In this document: positions 24,412 through 35,093 of the stretch, piece by piece
Layout: the number at the start of each line of letters is the position of its first letter
Position numbering within the stretch: the first letter of the stretch is position 1
NCBI GenBank assembly: GCA_964566255.1
Contig: CAZMID010000001.1
Location: 10,799-74,798, forward strand
DNA: 64,000 bases
From: an uncultured Planctomycetia bacterium
Lineage (GTDB): Bacteria > Omnitrophota > Gorgyraeia > Gorgyraeales > Gorgyraeaceae
Direction of reading: 5' to 3'
Position numbers and translations under genes: made by a program
The notes under the pieces: model-generated
The model's database searches: none
What the model was told of the DNA's origin: nothing
What the model saw: the letters and a program-made list of their open reading frames with translations, nothing else

Positions 24412-25212
24412 CTAGAGAACAATAATCAAATATATGTAAAAAATTGGTGCAGTAAAAAGGATACTATCCATTACGTCCAGCATACCTCCAAGGCCTGGGA
24501 AAAAAGGGCTCGAATCCTTTACTTGGTAATCGCGCTTTAAAAGACTCTCGGCTAAATCTCCGAGCTGAGCAAATACGCCTATCAGGATACCGCCTGTAAG
24601 TAAAACTGGAAAACTCATCCAACTTAAAAAGGATCTACTTATTAAGGCAAATAATATGCTGAATAAAAAACCACCTATAGCACCTTCTACAGATTTGTTA
24701 GGACTTATCCTTGGGATAAGGGCATGTTTACCAAAGTGTGAGCCAATTAAATATGCCCCTATATCACCTGATTTTGTAACCAATAATAAATATGCTACTA
24801 ATTTATGTCCATCTTCTAAAAACCTTATCTTTACCAAATAAGTAAAAAACCATCCTACATAAAAAACGCCAAATAGAGTTAATGCGATCAATGCTGCTGC
24901 ATTCTGATTTTCTTTTCTTGTGAACTGAATAATAAAAAGTGCTATAAGCACAATTATAAAAAATAATGCCTCCCATATCCCTCCTGTAGGCCGATATAAA
25001 TATGTAATATAAGGAAGGAGTATCCCTGAAAATATACCTAAAGATACAAAACTACGTGGAAATTCACTTTTTGAATTGAGCCTAAAGAATTCATAAAGAC
25101 CTAAGCCTGTAAATATCGATGTTATCACGCTAAAGGTCCAAACAGGCAATATAAATATAGTAATAGCAGTAATAGCTATTAAAACAATTGAACTCATTGT
25201 GCGTTTAATCAT
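24412..25212 (-). CDS. cdsA: Phosphatidate cytidylyltransferase
   Basis: DIGAY..G, ISPNKSVEG, GDLAESLLKR..VKDS, GGMLDVMDS; multi-TM. Start 25212 or 25227. Confidence 0.95.
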   Translation of the reverse strand: MIKRTMSSIVLIAITAITIFILPVWTFSVITSIFTGLGLYEFFRLNSKSEFPRSFVSLGIFSGILLPYITYLYRPTGGIWEALFFIIVLIALFIIQFTRKENQNAAALIALTLFGVFYVGWFFTYLVKIRFLEDGHKLVAYLLLVTKSGDIGAYLIGSHFGKHALIPRISPNKSVEGAIGGFLFSILFALISRSFLSWMSFPVLLTGGILIGVFAQLGDLAESLLKRDYQVKDSSPFFPGLGGMLDVMDSILFTAPIFYIYLIIVL

Positions 25213-25216
25213 CTTT

Positions 25217-25912
25217 TTACCTTCCATATCGCCTTTCCCTTTTTTGATATGTGTCTATAGCTAATTTTAAATCACGCTCAGAAAAATCAGGCCATAACTT
25301 TTCAGTCACATAGATCTCAGCATAGGAAATCTGCCATAATAGAAAATTTGATACCCTCATCTCACCACTCGTACGGATTAAAAGATCTGGATCGGGGATA
25401 TTCTTTGTATAAAGGTATTTAGAAAAAAACTTTTCATTTATTTTGGAAGAATCTATATTGCCGTCTTTTGCCATGTTCACTAAGGTCTTTACAGCATTAA
25501 GGATCTCCTCTCTTCCACCGTAACTTAATGCAATATTTAAAGAAAGAGCCTTGTTATTTAAGGTTTTATTTTCAAAATGCTCCATCTTCTCTTTTAATTT
25601 CGGCCAGATCTTATTCTTCTCACCTATAAAAGATAATCTTACATCATTCTCTTCAAAAAGCCTCATCTGGTTATCTAAGAAATTCTCTAATAACCCAAAA
25701 AGGGCTTTTACTTCCTTTCTTGGTCTATGCCAATTTTCGGTAGAAAATGCATAAAGCGTAAGATACTTAACACCGAATTTTATAGAGGTCTTTACTATCC
25801 TTTTTACAGATTCCACTCCCTGTTGGTGCCCCATTATCTTAGGAAGACCTCTTTTTTTGGCCCAACGACCATTTCCATCCATAATTATTGCAATATGAGT
25901 TGGCATATTCAT
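25217..25912 (-). CDS. uppS: Undecaprenyl diphosphate synthase
   Basis: HIAIIMDGNGRWA, YAFSTENW, PDLLIRTSGEMRVSNFLLWQ. Confidence 0.98.
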   Translation of the reverse strand: MNMPTHIAIIMDGNGRWAKKRGLPKIMGHQQGVESVKRIVKTSIKFGVKYLTLYAFSTENWHRPRKEVKALFGLLENFLDNQMRLFEENDVRLSFIGEKNKIWPKLKEKMEHFENKTLNNKALSLNIALSYGGREEILNAVKTLVNMAKDGNIDSSKINEKFFSKYLYTKNIPDPDLLIRTSGEMRVSNFLLWQISYAEIYVTEKLWPDFSERDLKLAIDTYQKRERRYGR

Positions 25913-25923
25913 AGATTACATAT

Positions 25924-25965
25924 AAAAAGAAACGCGAATGTGACTAACACGCTTCGCGTCTTTTT
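25924..25965 (-). terminator. Rho-independent terminator-like hairpin (possibly bidirectional)
   Basis: ACGCGAA...TTCGCGT stem flanked by A and T runs, between the small coiled-coil ORF and uppS. Confidence 0.65.
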
Positions 25966-25994
25966 AAAAAGATTAAAATAAAACCTACTATTCT

Positions 25995-26267
25995 TTATTC
26001 TACTTCAGCTCCTGATTTTTTCTTTAAATTATCCAAAGAACTCTTTAAATCATCAATGATATTTGCCTGCTCATTCATCATAATATCAAAGTCTTTCTGT
26101 AGGGCTATTATTTCTTTATCGAGTATTTTTGTCTTTATCCTCTCGGCCTTTAATTGCGAACTAAGACCTACTGCTGTTAAAGCAAAAACAATACACATAA
26201 CACTTACCAAAACCAAGGCTACTATTAAAGGATCTTTTGTAAAAATATTCTTGATCTTTTTTTTCAC
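25995..26267 (-). CDS. Small membrane-anchored coiled-coil hypothetical protein
   Basis: One TM segment then a heptad-like helix; GAGG SD before GTG; co-oriented. Confidence 0.65.
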   Translation of the reverse strand: MKKKIKNIFTKDPLIVALVLVSVMCIVFALTAVGLSSQLKAERIKTKILDKEIIALQKDFDIMMNEQANIIDDLKSSLDNLKKKSGAEVE

Positions 26268-26278
26268 AAATACCTCGG

Positions 26279-27007
26279 TTACTTTTTATACTTCTTTAGA
26301 CGTCTTTCGATCTCTTTCTTTCTTTTTTCTATCTTATCTATATCAGTTTGAATCTTTTCTATATTCTTTGGAAGTACTACTACTTCAACTCTTCTATTTT
26401 GCCTACGACCTTGGACATTACTGTTAGATGCTACAGGTCTATATTCAGCATAACCAGTAGCAGCTATCTTTTTAGGGTCTATATTTTTTTGATCTACCAT
26501 ATAATGAAGAACACTGGTAGCCCTCGCAGTAGAAAGTTCCCAATTAGACTTCCATCCAGAATATTTTATAGGCTTATTATCTGTATGGCCTTCTACTCCT
26601 ATTTCCCTATCTGATAGATTCTTCTTGAGGACATCTGCAAGTTTATTTAATGCCGGGATCCCATCTTTTTTTATCTCTGCCTTACCTGAATCAAAAAGGA
26701 TCTCTGCTAAAAATATAATTGCAAGACCTCTCTCAGCCATCTCTAAGCGTACTGACTTCTCACCTATTTCTTTCTTTAGCCTACTTTCAAGGAGTCTTTT
26801 TGCCTTCGAGAGCTCTGAGATTTCCTTATCTTTTTCCTTCTGTAAGACTTTTAATTTGGCGTTTAATTCCTCAGTTTCAGCATTGAGAGAATCGATCTTT
26901 TCAATATCGCTCCTGCGGCCCGTTTGTAATGTCACTGAACACCCACTAGCCACTAATCCAACCAAAATTATAGGTAGAACAAATAAAAATAGTTTTCTGT
27001 ATAACAT
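26279..27007 (-). CDS. OmpA/MotB-like peptidoglycan-binding lipoprotein with coiled coil
   Basis: Lipobox LVASG-C; ILFDSG, VEGHTDN, SNWELSTARA, NRRVEV; AGGAGG SD. Confidence 0.88.
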   Translation of the reverse strand: MLYRKLFLFVLPIILVGLVASGCSVTLQTGRRSDIEKIDSLNAETEELNAKLKVLQKEKDKEISELSKAKRLLESRLKKEIGEKSVRLEMAERGLAIIFLAEILFDSGKAEIKKDGIPALNKLADVLKKNLSDREIGVEGHTDNKPIKYSGWKSNWELSTARATSVLHYMVDQKNIDPKKIAATGYAEYRPVASNSNVQGRRQNRRVEVVVLPKNIEKIQTDIDKIEKRKKEIERRLKKYKK

Positions 27008-27029
27008 ATATAACCTCCTGTTTTATCTT

Positions 27030-27060
27030 ATTATAATACGCTAACTATATATAAAGTCAA
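27030..27060 (-). promoter_or_regulatory. Possible sigma70 promoter for the OmpA/MotB-like gene
   Basis: TTGACT followed by TATTAT (spacer 16) or TATAAT (spacer 19). Confidence 0.4.
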
Positions 27061-27079
27061 GACTTTTTAAGTTAATATA

Positions 27080-29170
27080 TTACTTAAAAAGACTATTACT
27101 TATTATAAACGAAGCAAATACAATAGACACCATTGACATTAACTTTATCAAGATATTAAGCGAGGGGCCTGAGGTATCTTTGAAAGGATCGCCCACTGTA
27201 TCTCCTACTACTGCTGCCTTATGAGAAAGTGAACCCTTTCCTCCTTCAGCACCACTTTCAATAAATTTTTTAGCATTATCCCAGGTCCCACCTGAATTAG
27301 CCATCATAATCGCAAGAACAAATCCAGAGACAAGTGCCCCTACTAAAAGTCCAAGACCTGCTTCTATGCCGATTAAAAGCCCTACAACAATAGGTGCAAG
27401 TATTGCTAAAAGAGAAGGAACTATCATTTCCTTCTGGGCGCTTGTAGTAACAATAGTAACGCATTTTGCATAATCTGGATGAACTCTACCTTCCATCAAA
27501 CCTTTAATCTCTCTAAATTGCCTTCTTACCTCTTGCACAATACCTGAAGCAGCCCTTCCGACTGCCTTCATAGTAAGAGAACAAAAAGCAAACGGTAGCA
27601 TGCCTCCTATAAAAAGCCCTGCCAAAAGCCTTGGATTCATTAGATCTGTATTCAAAGACCTACCTAATAAATGTACATGTTCTCTATAAGCAGCTATCAA
27701 TGCCAATGCTGAAAGAGCAGCTGAACCTATTGCAAATCCCTTACCAGTAGCTGCAGTGGTATTCCCTAAGGCGTCTAGGGCATCTGTGCGTTTACGGACT
27801 TCTGGAGCCTGGCGCGACATCTCTGCATTCCCACCTGCATTATCTGCAATAGGACCATAAGCATCTGTTGCCAAAGTAATCCCTAAAGTACTTAGCATAC
27901 CGACTGCAGATATCCCAATACCATAAAGCCCTAAACTAAAATCCTTTGCTCCACCTGAAAGATAAAAACTCGTTAAAATCGCTATTGCAACTATAGCTAC
28001 GGGAATTATCGTAGAAAACATCCCCACGGATAAACCGCTTATAATAACAGTGGCAGGTCCTGTAGCTGCAGATTCTGCTACTCTACGCGTAGGAGAATAT
28101 TTATCTGAAGTAAAATATTCTGTGGAAAGCCCCATTATGATTCCTGCTACTAAACCTGATAAAACTGCCCAATACACTCCTATAAATTCCATTCCTAAAA
28201 CAGTCTTTATAGCAAAATATGATCCTATAGCAATAAGAAGGGCGCTTGTAAAAACCCCTTTTCTCAATGCCTTAAGAAGTACATGTTGATCAGCTTTTTC
28301 TTCTGAACGCACAAAAAGAGTACCTATTAAACTTGCAACTACTCCAATAGCAGCCATTACCATAGGAATAGTAATACCTTTTAAGCTTTTTCCATATTGA
28401 ATAAAAGCAGCTGACCCTAAAGCCATGGTAGCAACAATGGAACCAACATAAGATTCATATAAATCGGCTCCCATGCCAGCAACGTCTCCAACATTATCTC
28501 CGACATTATCTGCGATTACTGCTGGATTTCGAGGATCGTCTTCAGGGATACCAGCTTCTACTTTTCCGACGAGGTCTGCTCCTACATCTGCTGCCTTTGT
28601 AAAAATTCCTCCGCCTACCCTCGCAAAAAGCGCCATAGAACTTGCGCCCATACCAAAATTAAGCATTGTACTTGTAATATTCTGTATCCTTACAGACTCT
28701 TCAAGCCCCCTATAATACCAATCCAGAAAATAATACCATATACTTAGATCTAATAGACCTAACCCAACAACCATAAGTCCCATAACGGCTCCACCTGAGA
28801 ACGCAACCTGAAGGGCTCTATTTAAACTGCTTTTTGCAGCATTTGCCGTCCTAGAACTTGCGCGGGTAGCAACACTCATACCTATAAATCCGCAAAGCCC
28901 TGAAAAAAATCCACCTGTCAAAAACGCAAACGGTACAAATATTATAAGGTATCCCCTTAAATAAAGAATAAATAATATACAAAAAGAAACTGCAAAAAAT
29001 AATCCTACAATCAGATATTGTCTTTTGATATAAGCATATGCACCTTCTCTAACCCAAGAAGCGATCTCTTTCATCTGAGACGTACCTTCATCAAAACGCA
29101 TTATCTTCCAGATAAGAAAAATAGAAAAAAATATTGCTAATATCGATCCTATAGGTGCTAAAAATAACAT
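27080..29170 (-). CDS. hppA: Membrane-bound pyrophosphatase, K+-dependent type, probably Na+-translocating
   Basis: DVGADLVGKVE, DNVGDNVGD, GADLYES, GNTTAA (Ala = K+-dependent), GDTVGDPFKDTSGP. Confidence 0.95.
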   Translation of the reverse strand: MLFLAPIGSILAIFFSIFLIWKIMRFDEGTSQMKEIASWVREGAYAYIKRQYLIVGLFFAVSFCILFILYLRGYLIIFVPFAFLTGGFFSGLCGFIGMSVATRASSRTANAAKSSLNRALQVAFSGGAVMGLMVVGLGLLDLSIWYYFLDWYYRGLEESVRIQNITSTMLNFGMGASSMALFARVGGGIFTKAADVGADLVGKVEAGIPEDDPRNPAVIADNVGDNVGDVAGMGADLYESYVGSIVATMALGSAAFIQYGKSLKGITIPMVMAAIGVVASLIGTLFVRSEEKADQHVLLKALRKGVFTSALLIAIGSYFAIKTVLGMEFIGVYWAVLSGLVAGIIMGLSTEYFTSDKYSPTRRVAESAATGPATVIISGLSVGMFSTIIPVAIVAIAILTSFYLSGGAKDFSLGLYGIGISAVGMLSTLGITLATDAYGPIADNAGGNAEMSRQAPEVRKRTDALDALGNTTAATGKGFAIGSAALSALALIAAYREHVHLLGRSLNTDLMNPRLLAGLFIGGMLPFAFCSLTMKAVGRAASGIVQEVRRQFREIKGLMEGRVHPDYAKCVTIVTTSAQKEMIVPSLLAILAPIVVGLLIGIEAGLGLLVGALVSGFVLAIMMANSGGTWDNAKKFIESGAEGGKGSLSHKAAVVGDTVGDPFKDTSGPSLNILIKLMSMVSIVFASFIISNSLFK

Positions 29171-29180
29171 CCTACCTCCT

Positions 29181-30443
<1,263 letters not shown>

Positions 30444-30461
30444 TTAGCCTCTATAGGGCCT

Positions 30462-31697
30462 CTATGGGCTCATTGTAAAAATTTTCTCTGCTATCTCTGG
30501 ATATCTAGCTATAAACCTCAGCTCGTCATGCGTGAGGGGCTGCTGAGTATGTACATTGGCATATCTTACTAATTCAAGCACTCTAGTGGCCTCTTTATCA
30601 TTCTTAAATTTTATCTCAAGCCTCTCATAAACATTCCTGAATCCCTTAATACCACTATATTCACCAGCTGTGATTTGTCTTCCAGTTTCGATAAGCTCTG
30701 GGTCACCCCTACCTAACTCTTCAAAATCATACAGTTCATAATTACGCCTGTCTTTTAATGCCCCATCTGCATGAATGCCGGACTCATGGGCAAATGCGTT
30801 TGCTCCAACACCTGGCTGATTTATAGGTAAAGGAACTCTAAATGCATACGAGGCATACTTTGCAATCTTCCATGCATGATCCAACTTAATTCTTTCATCA
30901 AGGCGGTATTTTCCTTTAAATCCACTTGAATATTTTAAAGCTAACAGTACAGAAACAAGGTCTGCATTTCCAGCTCTTTCTCCCATGCCATTGACAGTAG
31001 TATTTATATAGGCATCGCACCCTGCATCTATTGCTGCCTTTGCCCCTGCAATAGAACATGCTACTACCATACCAAGGTCATTATGACAATGAAGCTCTAT
31101 TGGTAACCTTACTTCACTAGCGAGTATCTTTACTCTCTTATAAATCGTAAAAGGATCATCAAAACCAAGTGTATCGCAATATCTTATCCTATCTGCACCA
31201 TGGTCCTTGGCTAATTTAGCAAATTTTATAAGGTAAGTCATGTCTGTACGTGATGCATCCTCTGCGTTCACGCCTATTATCTTAAGTTTTCTTTTTCTTG
31301 CATAATCCAAAGCCTCGACCATCATTGATAAAACATCTTTTCTTGTCTTCTTTCCTTGAAATTTACCTTTAGTCATCTGTTCAGATGTGGATATGGAAAG
31401 ATTTATATTCTTTACATCTGTTAATTCAAGTGCCTTTTTAACATCTTCTTTAATGGCCCTTACCCAGCCATTTAAGACGATAGGCTTTAATACACCTTTA
31501 CGTACAAGTTCAAGATTGGCATTCAGATAATTAGTTTCATGATGTGTAACTGGAAAACCAAACTCGCTGCCAAATACTCCCATTTCATTCAATAAAATAT
31601 TTATCATGGTCTTCTGAAGTTTTGCAAGGCCGAGCCTGGAAGTCTGTACGCCATCCCTATTGGTAACATCAATAATATAAATTTTATTATTCTTCAT
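30462..31697 (-). CDS. DRE-TIM metallolyase (homocitrate synthase / Re-citrate synthase family)
   Basis: DVTNRDGVQ, HCHNDLG, NGMGERAGNA, FAHESGIHADG; no LeuA regulatory domain. Confidence 0.85.
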   Translation of the reverse strand: MKNNKIYIIDVTNRDGVQTSRLGLAKLQKTMINILLNEMGVFGSEFGFPVTHHETNYLNANLELVRKGVLKPIVLNGWVRAIKEDVKKALELTDVKNINLSISTSEQMTKGKFQGKKTRKDVLSMMVEALDYARKRKLKIIGVNAEDASRTDMTYLIKFAKLAKDHGADRIRYCDTLGFDDPFTIYKRVKILASEVRLPIELHCHNDLGMVVACSIAGAKAAIDAGCDAYINTTVNGMGERAGNADLVSVLLALKYSSGFKGKYRLDERIKLDHAWKIAKYASYAFRVPLPINQPGVGANAFAHESGIHADGALKDRRNYELYDFEELGRGDPELIETGRQITAGEYSGIKGFRNVYERLEIKFKNDKEATRVLELVRYANVHTQQPLTHDELRFIARYPEIAEKIFTMSP

Positions 31698-31708
31698 AAA
31701 TTATCTCC

Positions 31709-33292
31709 TTAAAGCTTTATTAGTTTTGCATCCAGAATATTTTTAGCTTTTTTTATCTCAGTAAGTAATTTTTCAGGGATAGCACCATCAACATTTAAAA
31801 CAGAAAGTGTTTTTCCTCCGCGTTTTTCACGACCAAATGTCATTGCAGCAATATTTATATTGTTACTTCCTAAAATAGTACCTATTTTACCAATAATACC
31901 GGGGACATCTATATTTTTGGCAACTAACATATAACCTTCGGGTATGGCATCCACATGAAACTGGTCTATCTTTACGATTCTAGCGTCTTTAGCTGTAAAT
32001 AATGTCCCTGTTACAGAAGCTGAATCTTTATCAGTCTTTACTTCAACGGTAATGAGGTTTGTGTATTCTTCGAGTTCTGTAGTCTTTGATTCCCTAACCT
32101 TTATACCTCTTTCTTTTGCTACAATGAGGGAATTTACGTAATTAACCGTCTCTTGAAGTATTGGAGTAAGAGCTCCTTTTACAACTGCTACTGTCATTGG
32201 AGAAGAAGCATATTTGGCAATCTCACCTGAATATTTTATACCTATCTCTAAAATCCTACCTTTAGCAATCTGAGCAACTAAAGAACCCATCTTTTCACTA
32301 AGCTCTACATAAGGTTGAACAATTCTATAAAGCTCTGCATCAAGACAAGGTACATTTACTGCATTCCTTATACCACAACCAAGTAATGCATCTTTTGCGC
32401 TATTGGCAATATCAATTGCTACATTGACCTGCGCTTCTTCGGTAGAAGCTCCTAAGTGTGGTGTAAGGATAGCTTCATCACACTTAAGTAAAGGGTTATC
32501 TTTTGGTGGTTCTTTTTCATAGACGTCTAGTGCTACACCTGCTATCTTCTTGCTTTTTATGCCTTCAAGGATGGCACCTTCATCTACTATGCCTCCCCTT
32601 GCACAATTTACAATACGAACACCATCTTTCATGCTCTTTAATGCCTTCTTACCAATAATATATTTTGTCTCACTTGTCATAGGAGTATGTACTGTTATAT
32701 AATCTGCTCTTTTAAATAACTCTTTTAATTCAACTGATTCAACCCCTGACTGTTTTGCCTTATCCAAAGATAAAAATGGATCATATGCAACTATCTTCAT
32801 ACCAAAACTGGTTGCTCGTCTTGCAACCTCATTACCAATCCTACCAAGGCCTATAATTCCTAAGGTCTTTCCGTATAACTCTACTCCCATGAATTTTTTC
32901 CTTAGCCATTCACCCTTTTTTGTAGATGAATCTGCCTGGGAGATATTTCTAGATAGAGCTAATATCAAAGACATTGTATGTTCAGCAGTGGAAATTGTAT
33001 TCCCACCAGGGGTATTCATTACAATAATCCCTCGTTTGGATGCAGCCTCTAGATCAACATTATCAAGTCCTACGCCAGCCCTACCTATTACCTTTAATTT
33101 ATCTGCCTTTTCAATGATCTCTTTTGTAACCTTAGTACCACTTCTTACTAAAAGGGCGTGATAATCCTTAATAATCTTTTTTAGTTCTTCTGGTGGAAGC
33201 TTAAGTTTTACATCCACCTTAAATTCTTTTACTTTCTTTAGGATCTCAATACCTTCTTCTGCCAGAGAATCACTGATAAGTATCTTAAACAT
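31709..33292 (-). CDS. serA: D-3-phosphoglycerate dehydrogenase (ASB and ACT domains)
   Basis: RAGVGLDNVD, GLGRIG, NCARGG, TPHLGASTEEAQ, C-terminal ACT. Confidence 0.96.
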   Translation of the reverse strand: MFKILISDSLAEEGIEILKKVKEFKVDVKLKLPPEELKKIIKDYHALLVRSGTKVTKEIIEKADKLKVIGRAGVGLDNVDLEAASKRGIIVMNTPGGNTISTAEHTMSLILALSRNISQADSSTKKGEWLRKKFMGVELYGKTLGIIGLGRIGNEVARRATSFGMKIVAYDPFLSLDKAKQSGVESVELKELFKRADYITVHTPMTSETKYIIGKKALKSMKDGVRIVNCARGGIVDEGAILEGIKSKKIAGVALDVYEKEPPKDNPLLKCDEAILTPHLGASTEEAQVNVAIDIANSAKDALLGCGIRNAVNVPCLDAELYRIVQPYVELSEKMGSLVAQIAKGRILEIGIKYSGEIAKYASSPMTVAVVKGALTPILQETVNYVNSLIVAKERGIKVRESKTTELEEYTNLITVEVKTDKDSASVTGTLFTAKDARIVKIDQFHVDAIPEGYMLVAKNIDVPGIIGKIGTILGSNNINIAAMTFGREKRGGKTLSVLNVDGAIPEKLLTEIKKAKNILDAKLIKL

Positions 33293-33309
33293 ATAGATTT
33301 CTCCTTTTC

Positions 33310-34446
33310 CTACTTAAGTGCTCCTTCAAGCGCCTTGATACCGGCACCTTTATTAAATTTATATCCTAACTCTAAAAGCACAGTTTCAAGAGTTTTAATA
33401 CCTACTTTTAAATCATCTATAGTAATATAACCCATTGTGGCTATTCTAAAAATCTTTCCTTTTACATGTGCCTGTCCACCAGCAATCGCTACGCCATATT
33501 TATCCCGCATCGTCTTTACAAGCTTTACTCCATCAATTCCTTCAGGGACTTTGACAGCTGTAACTGCATCTGAATATGCATCTGGTGCAAAAAGTTCTAA
33601 TCCAAGTGCCTTAACAGCATCTCTAACAGCCTTGGCATTTTTTTTATGACGATTTAGGGTATTTTCAAGGCCGTCTTTTTTAATTATTTTTAATGCCTCG
33701 TTTAAACCAATAATAAGGTTTACTGCAGGTGTATAAGGTGTATCATTTTTCTCTATTGATTTTTTATGCAAAAGGAAATTAAAATAATATTTTGGTAGAG
33801 TTGATTTTTTAACCAATTCCCACGCCTTATTACTTAAAGTTACAAATGAAAGGCCTGGTGGTATCATAAGACCTTTCTGTGAACCAGATACTACGATATC
33901 TATACCCCATTCATCTGTCTTTAATGGAACTGCTCCAAGTGCACTTATTGCATCAACTACTAAAACTGCCTTAAAATTCTTAGTAATGCTGGCAATCTCT
34001 TTTATGTCAGTTGAGACCCCTGTAGAAGTCTCACACAAAGTCACATAAACTGCCTTTACATTATCTTTTTCTTTTTCCAAAATAGATTTTATATCTTGAG
34101 GATTAACCTTTTTACCCCATTCTAAATCTATATCTATAGATTCTATCCCGTAGGCACCACATAATTCTGACCATCTTTCTCCGAATTTTCCACCTTTAAC
34201 AACTATCGCTTTATCTCCGGGAGAAAGTAAATTACAAACACTGGCTTCCATTGCACCTGTCCCACTCGAAGAAAATATAAGTACATTTTCTTTTGTTTCA
34301 AATACATACTTTAAATCTTCTTCAACCTCTTTCAATATCTCCTGAAACTGGCCAGTCCTATGATGTATTATAGGTCTTGCCATTGCACTGAGTGCTTCAG
34401 GTGGAACTGGAGTTGGACCCGGGGTAAGTAAATAATTTTTCTGCAT
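33310..34446 (-). CDS. Class V PLP aminotransferase (alanine-glyoxylate/serine-pyruvate family; probably fills the phosphoserine aminotransferase role)
   Basis: LLTPGPT, SGTGAMEA, ETSTG, VDAIS, SGSQKGLM; adjacent to serA. Confidence 0.88.
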   Translation of the reverse strand: MQKNYLLTPGPTPVPPEALSAMARPIIHHRTGQFQEILKEVEEDLKYVFETKENVLIFSSSGTGAMEASVCNLLSPGDKAIVVKGGKFGERWSELCGAYGIESIDIDLEWGKKVNPQDIKSILEKEKDNVKAVYVTLCETSTGVSTDIKEIASITKNFKAVLVVDAISALGAVPLKTDEWGIDIVVSGSQKGLMIPPGLSFVTLSNKAWELVKKSTLPKYYFNFLLHKKSIEKNDTPYTPAVNLIIGLNEALKIIKKDGLENTLNRHKKNAKAVRDAVKALGLELFAPDAYSDAVTAVKVPEGIDGVKLVKTMRDKYGVAIAGGQAHVKGKIFRIATMGYITIDDLKVGIKTLETVLLELGYKFNKGAGIKALEGALK

Positions 34447-34463
34447 AATAACCTTTCAGTAAG

Positions 34464-35063
34464 TTACTTCTTTTTCTTTTTCGGGCTCACGATAACTTCA
34501 TCTATGAGTCCATAGGATTTTGCCTCATCTGCAGACATAAAATAATCCCTATCTGTATCCTTCTGGATCTTATCTAATTTTTGACCTGTATGTTTTGCAA
34601 GTATTTCATTGATTCTATCGCGCATCTTTAAAATCTCTTTTGCCTGTATCTTTATATCTGAGGCTTGACCTTGTACTCCACCCCATGGCTGATGTATCAT
34701 AACTCTTGAATTAGGTAGGGCAAAACGTTTTCCTTTTGCACCAGCTGCCAGGATTAAAGCTCCCATACTAGTTGCCTGCCCCATACAATATGTACAGACA
34801 TCTGGCTTTACAAACTGCATTGTATCATACATTGCAAGCCCCGCAGTTACAACACCGCCTGGGCTATTTACATAAATATTTATATCCCTATCAGGATCTT
34901 CTGTCTGCAGGAAAAGTAATTGAGCAATTACCAGATTAGCAACTGTATCATCTATTACAGAGCCGATAAAGATAACTCTATCTTTTAGTAGCCTTGAATA
35001 GATATCATATGCTCTTTCTCCTCTTTCCGACTGCTCCACTACTATAGGAACCAGTATAGACAT
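34464..35063 (-). CDS. clpP: ATP-dependent Clp protease proteolytic subunit
   Basis: [31 protein letters not shown]. Confidence 0.98.
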   Translation of the reverse strand: MSILVPIVVEQSERGERAYDIYSRLLKDRVIFIGSVIDDTVANLVIAQLLFLQTEDPDRDINIYVNSPGGVVTAGLAMYDTMQFVKPDVCTYCMGQATSMGALILAAGAKGKRFALPNSRVMIHQPWGGVQGQASDIKIQAKEILKMRDRINEILAKHTGQKLDKIQKDTDRDYFMSADEAKSYGLIDEVIVSPKKKKK

Positions 35064-35093
35064 TTCCTACCCCCTTCTGTTATAGGTATTATT

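Noticed and set aside
26279-27007. Flagellar stator motB
   Set aside because: No TM Asp motif, has a lipobox, and no motA or flagellar genes nearby.
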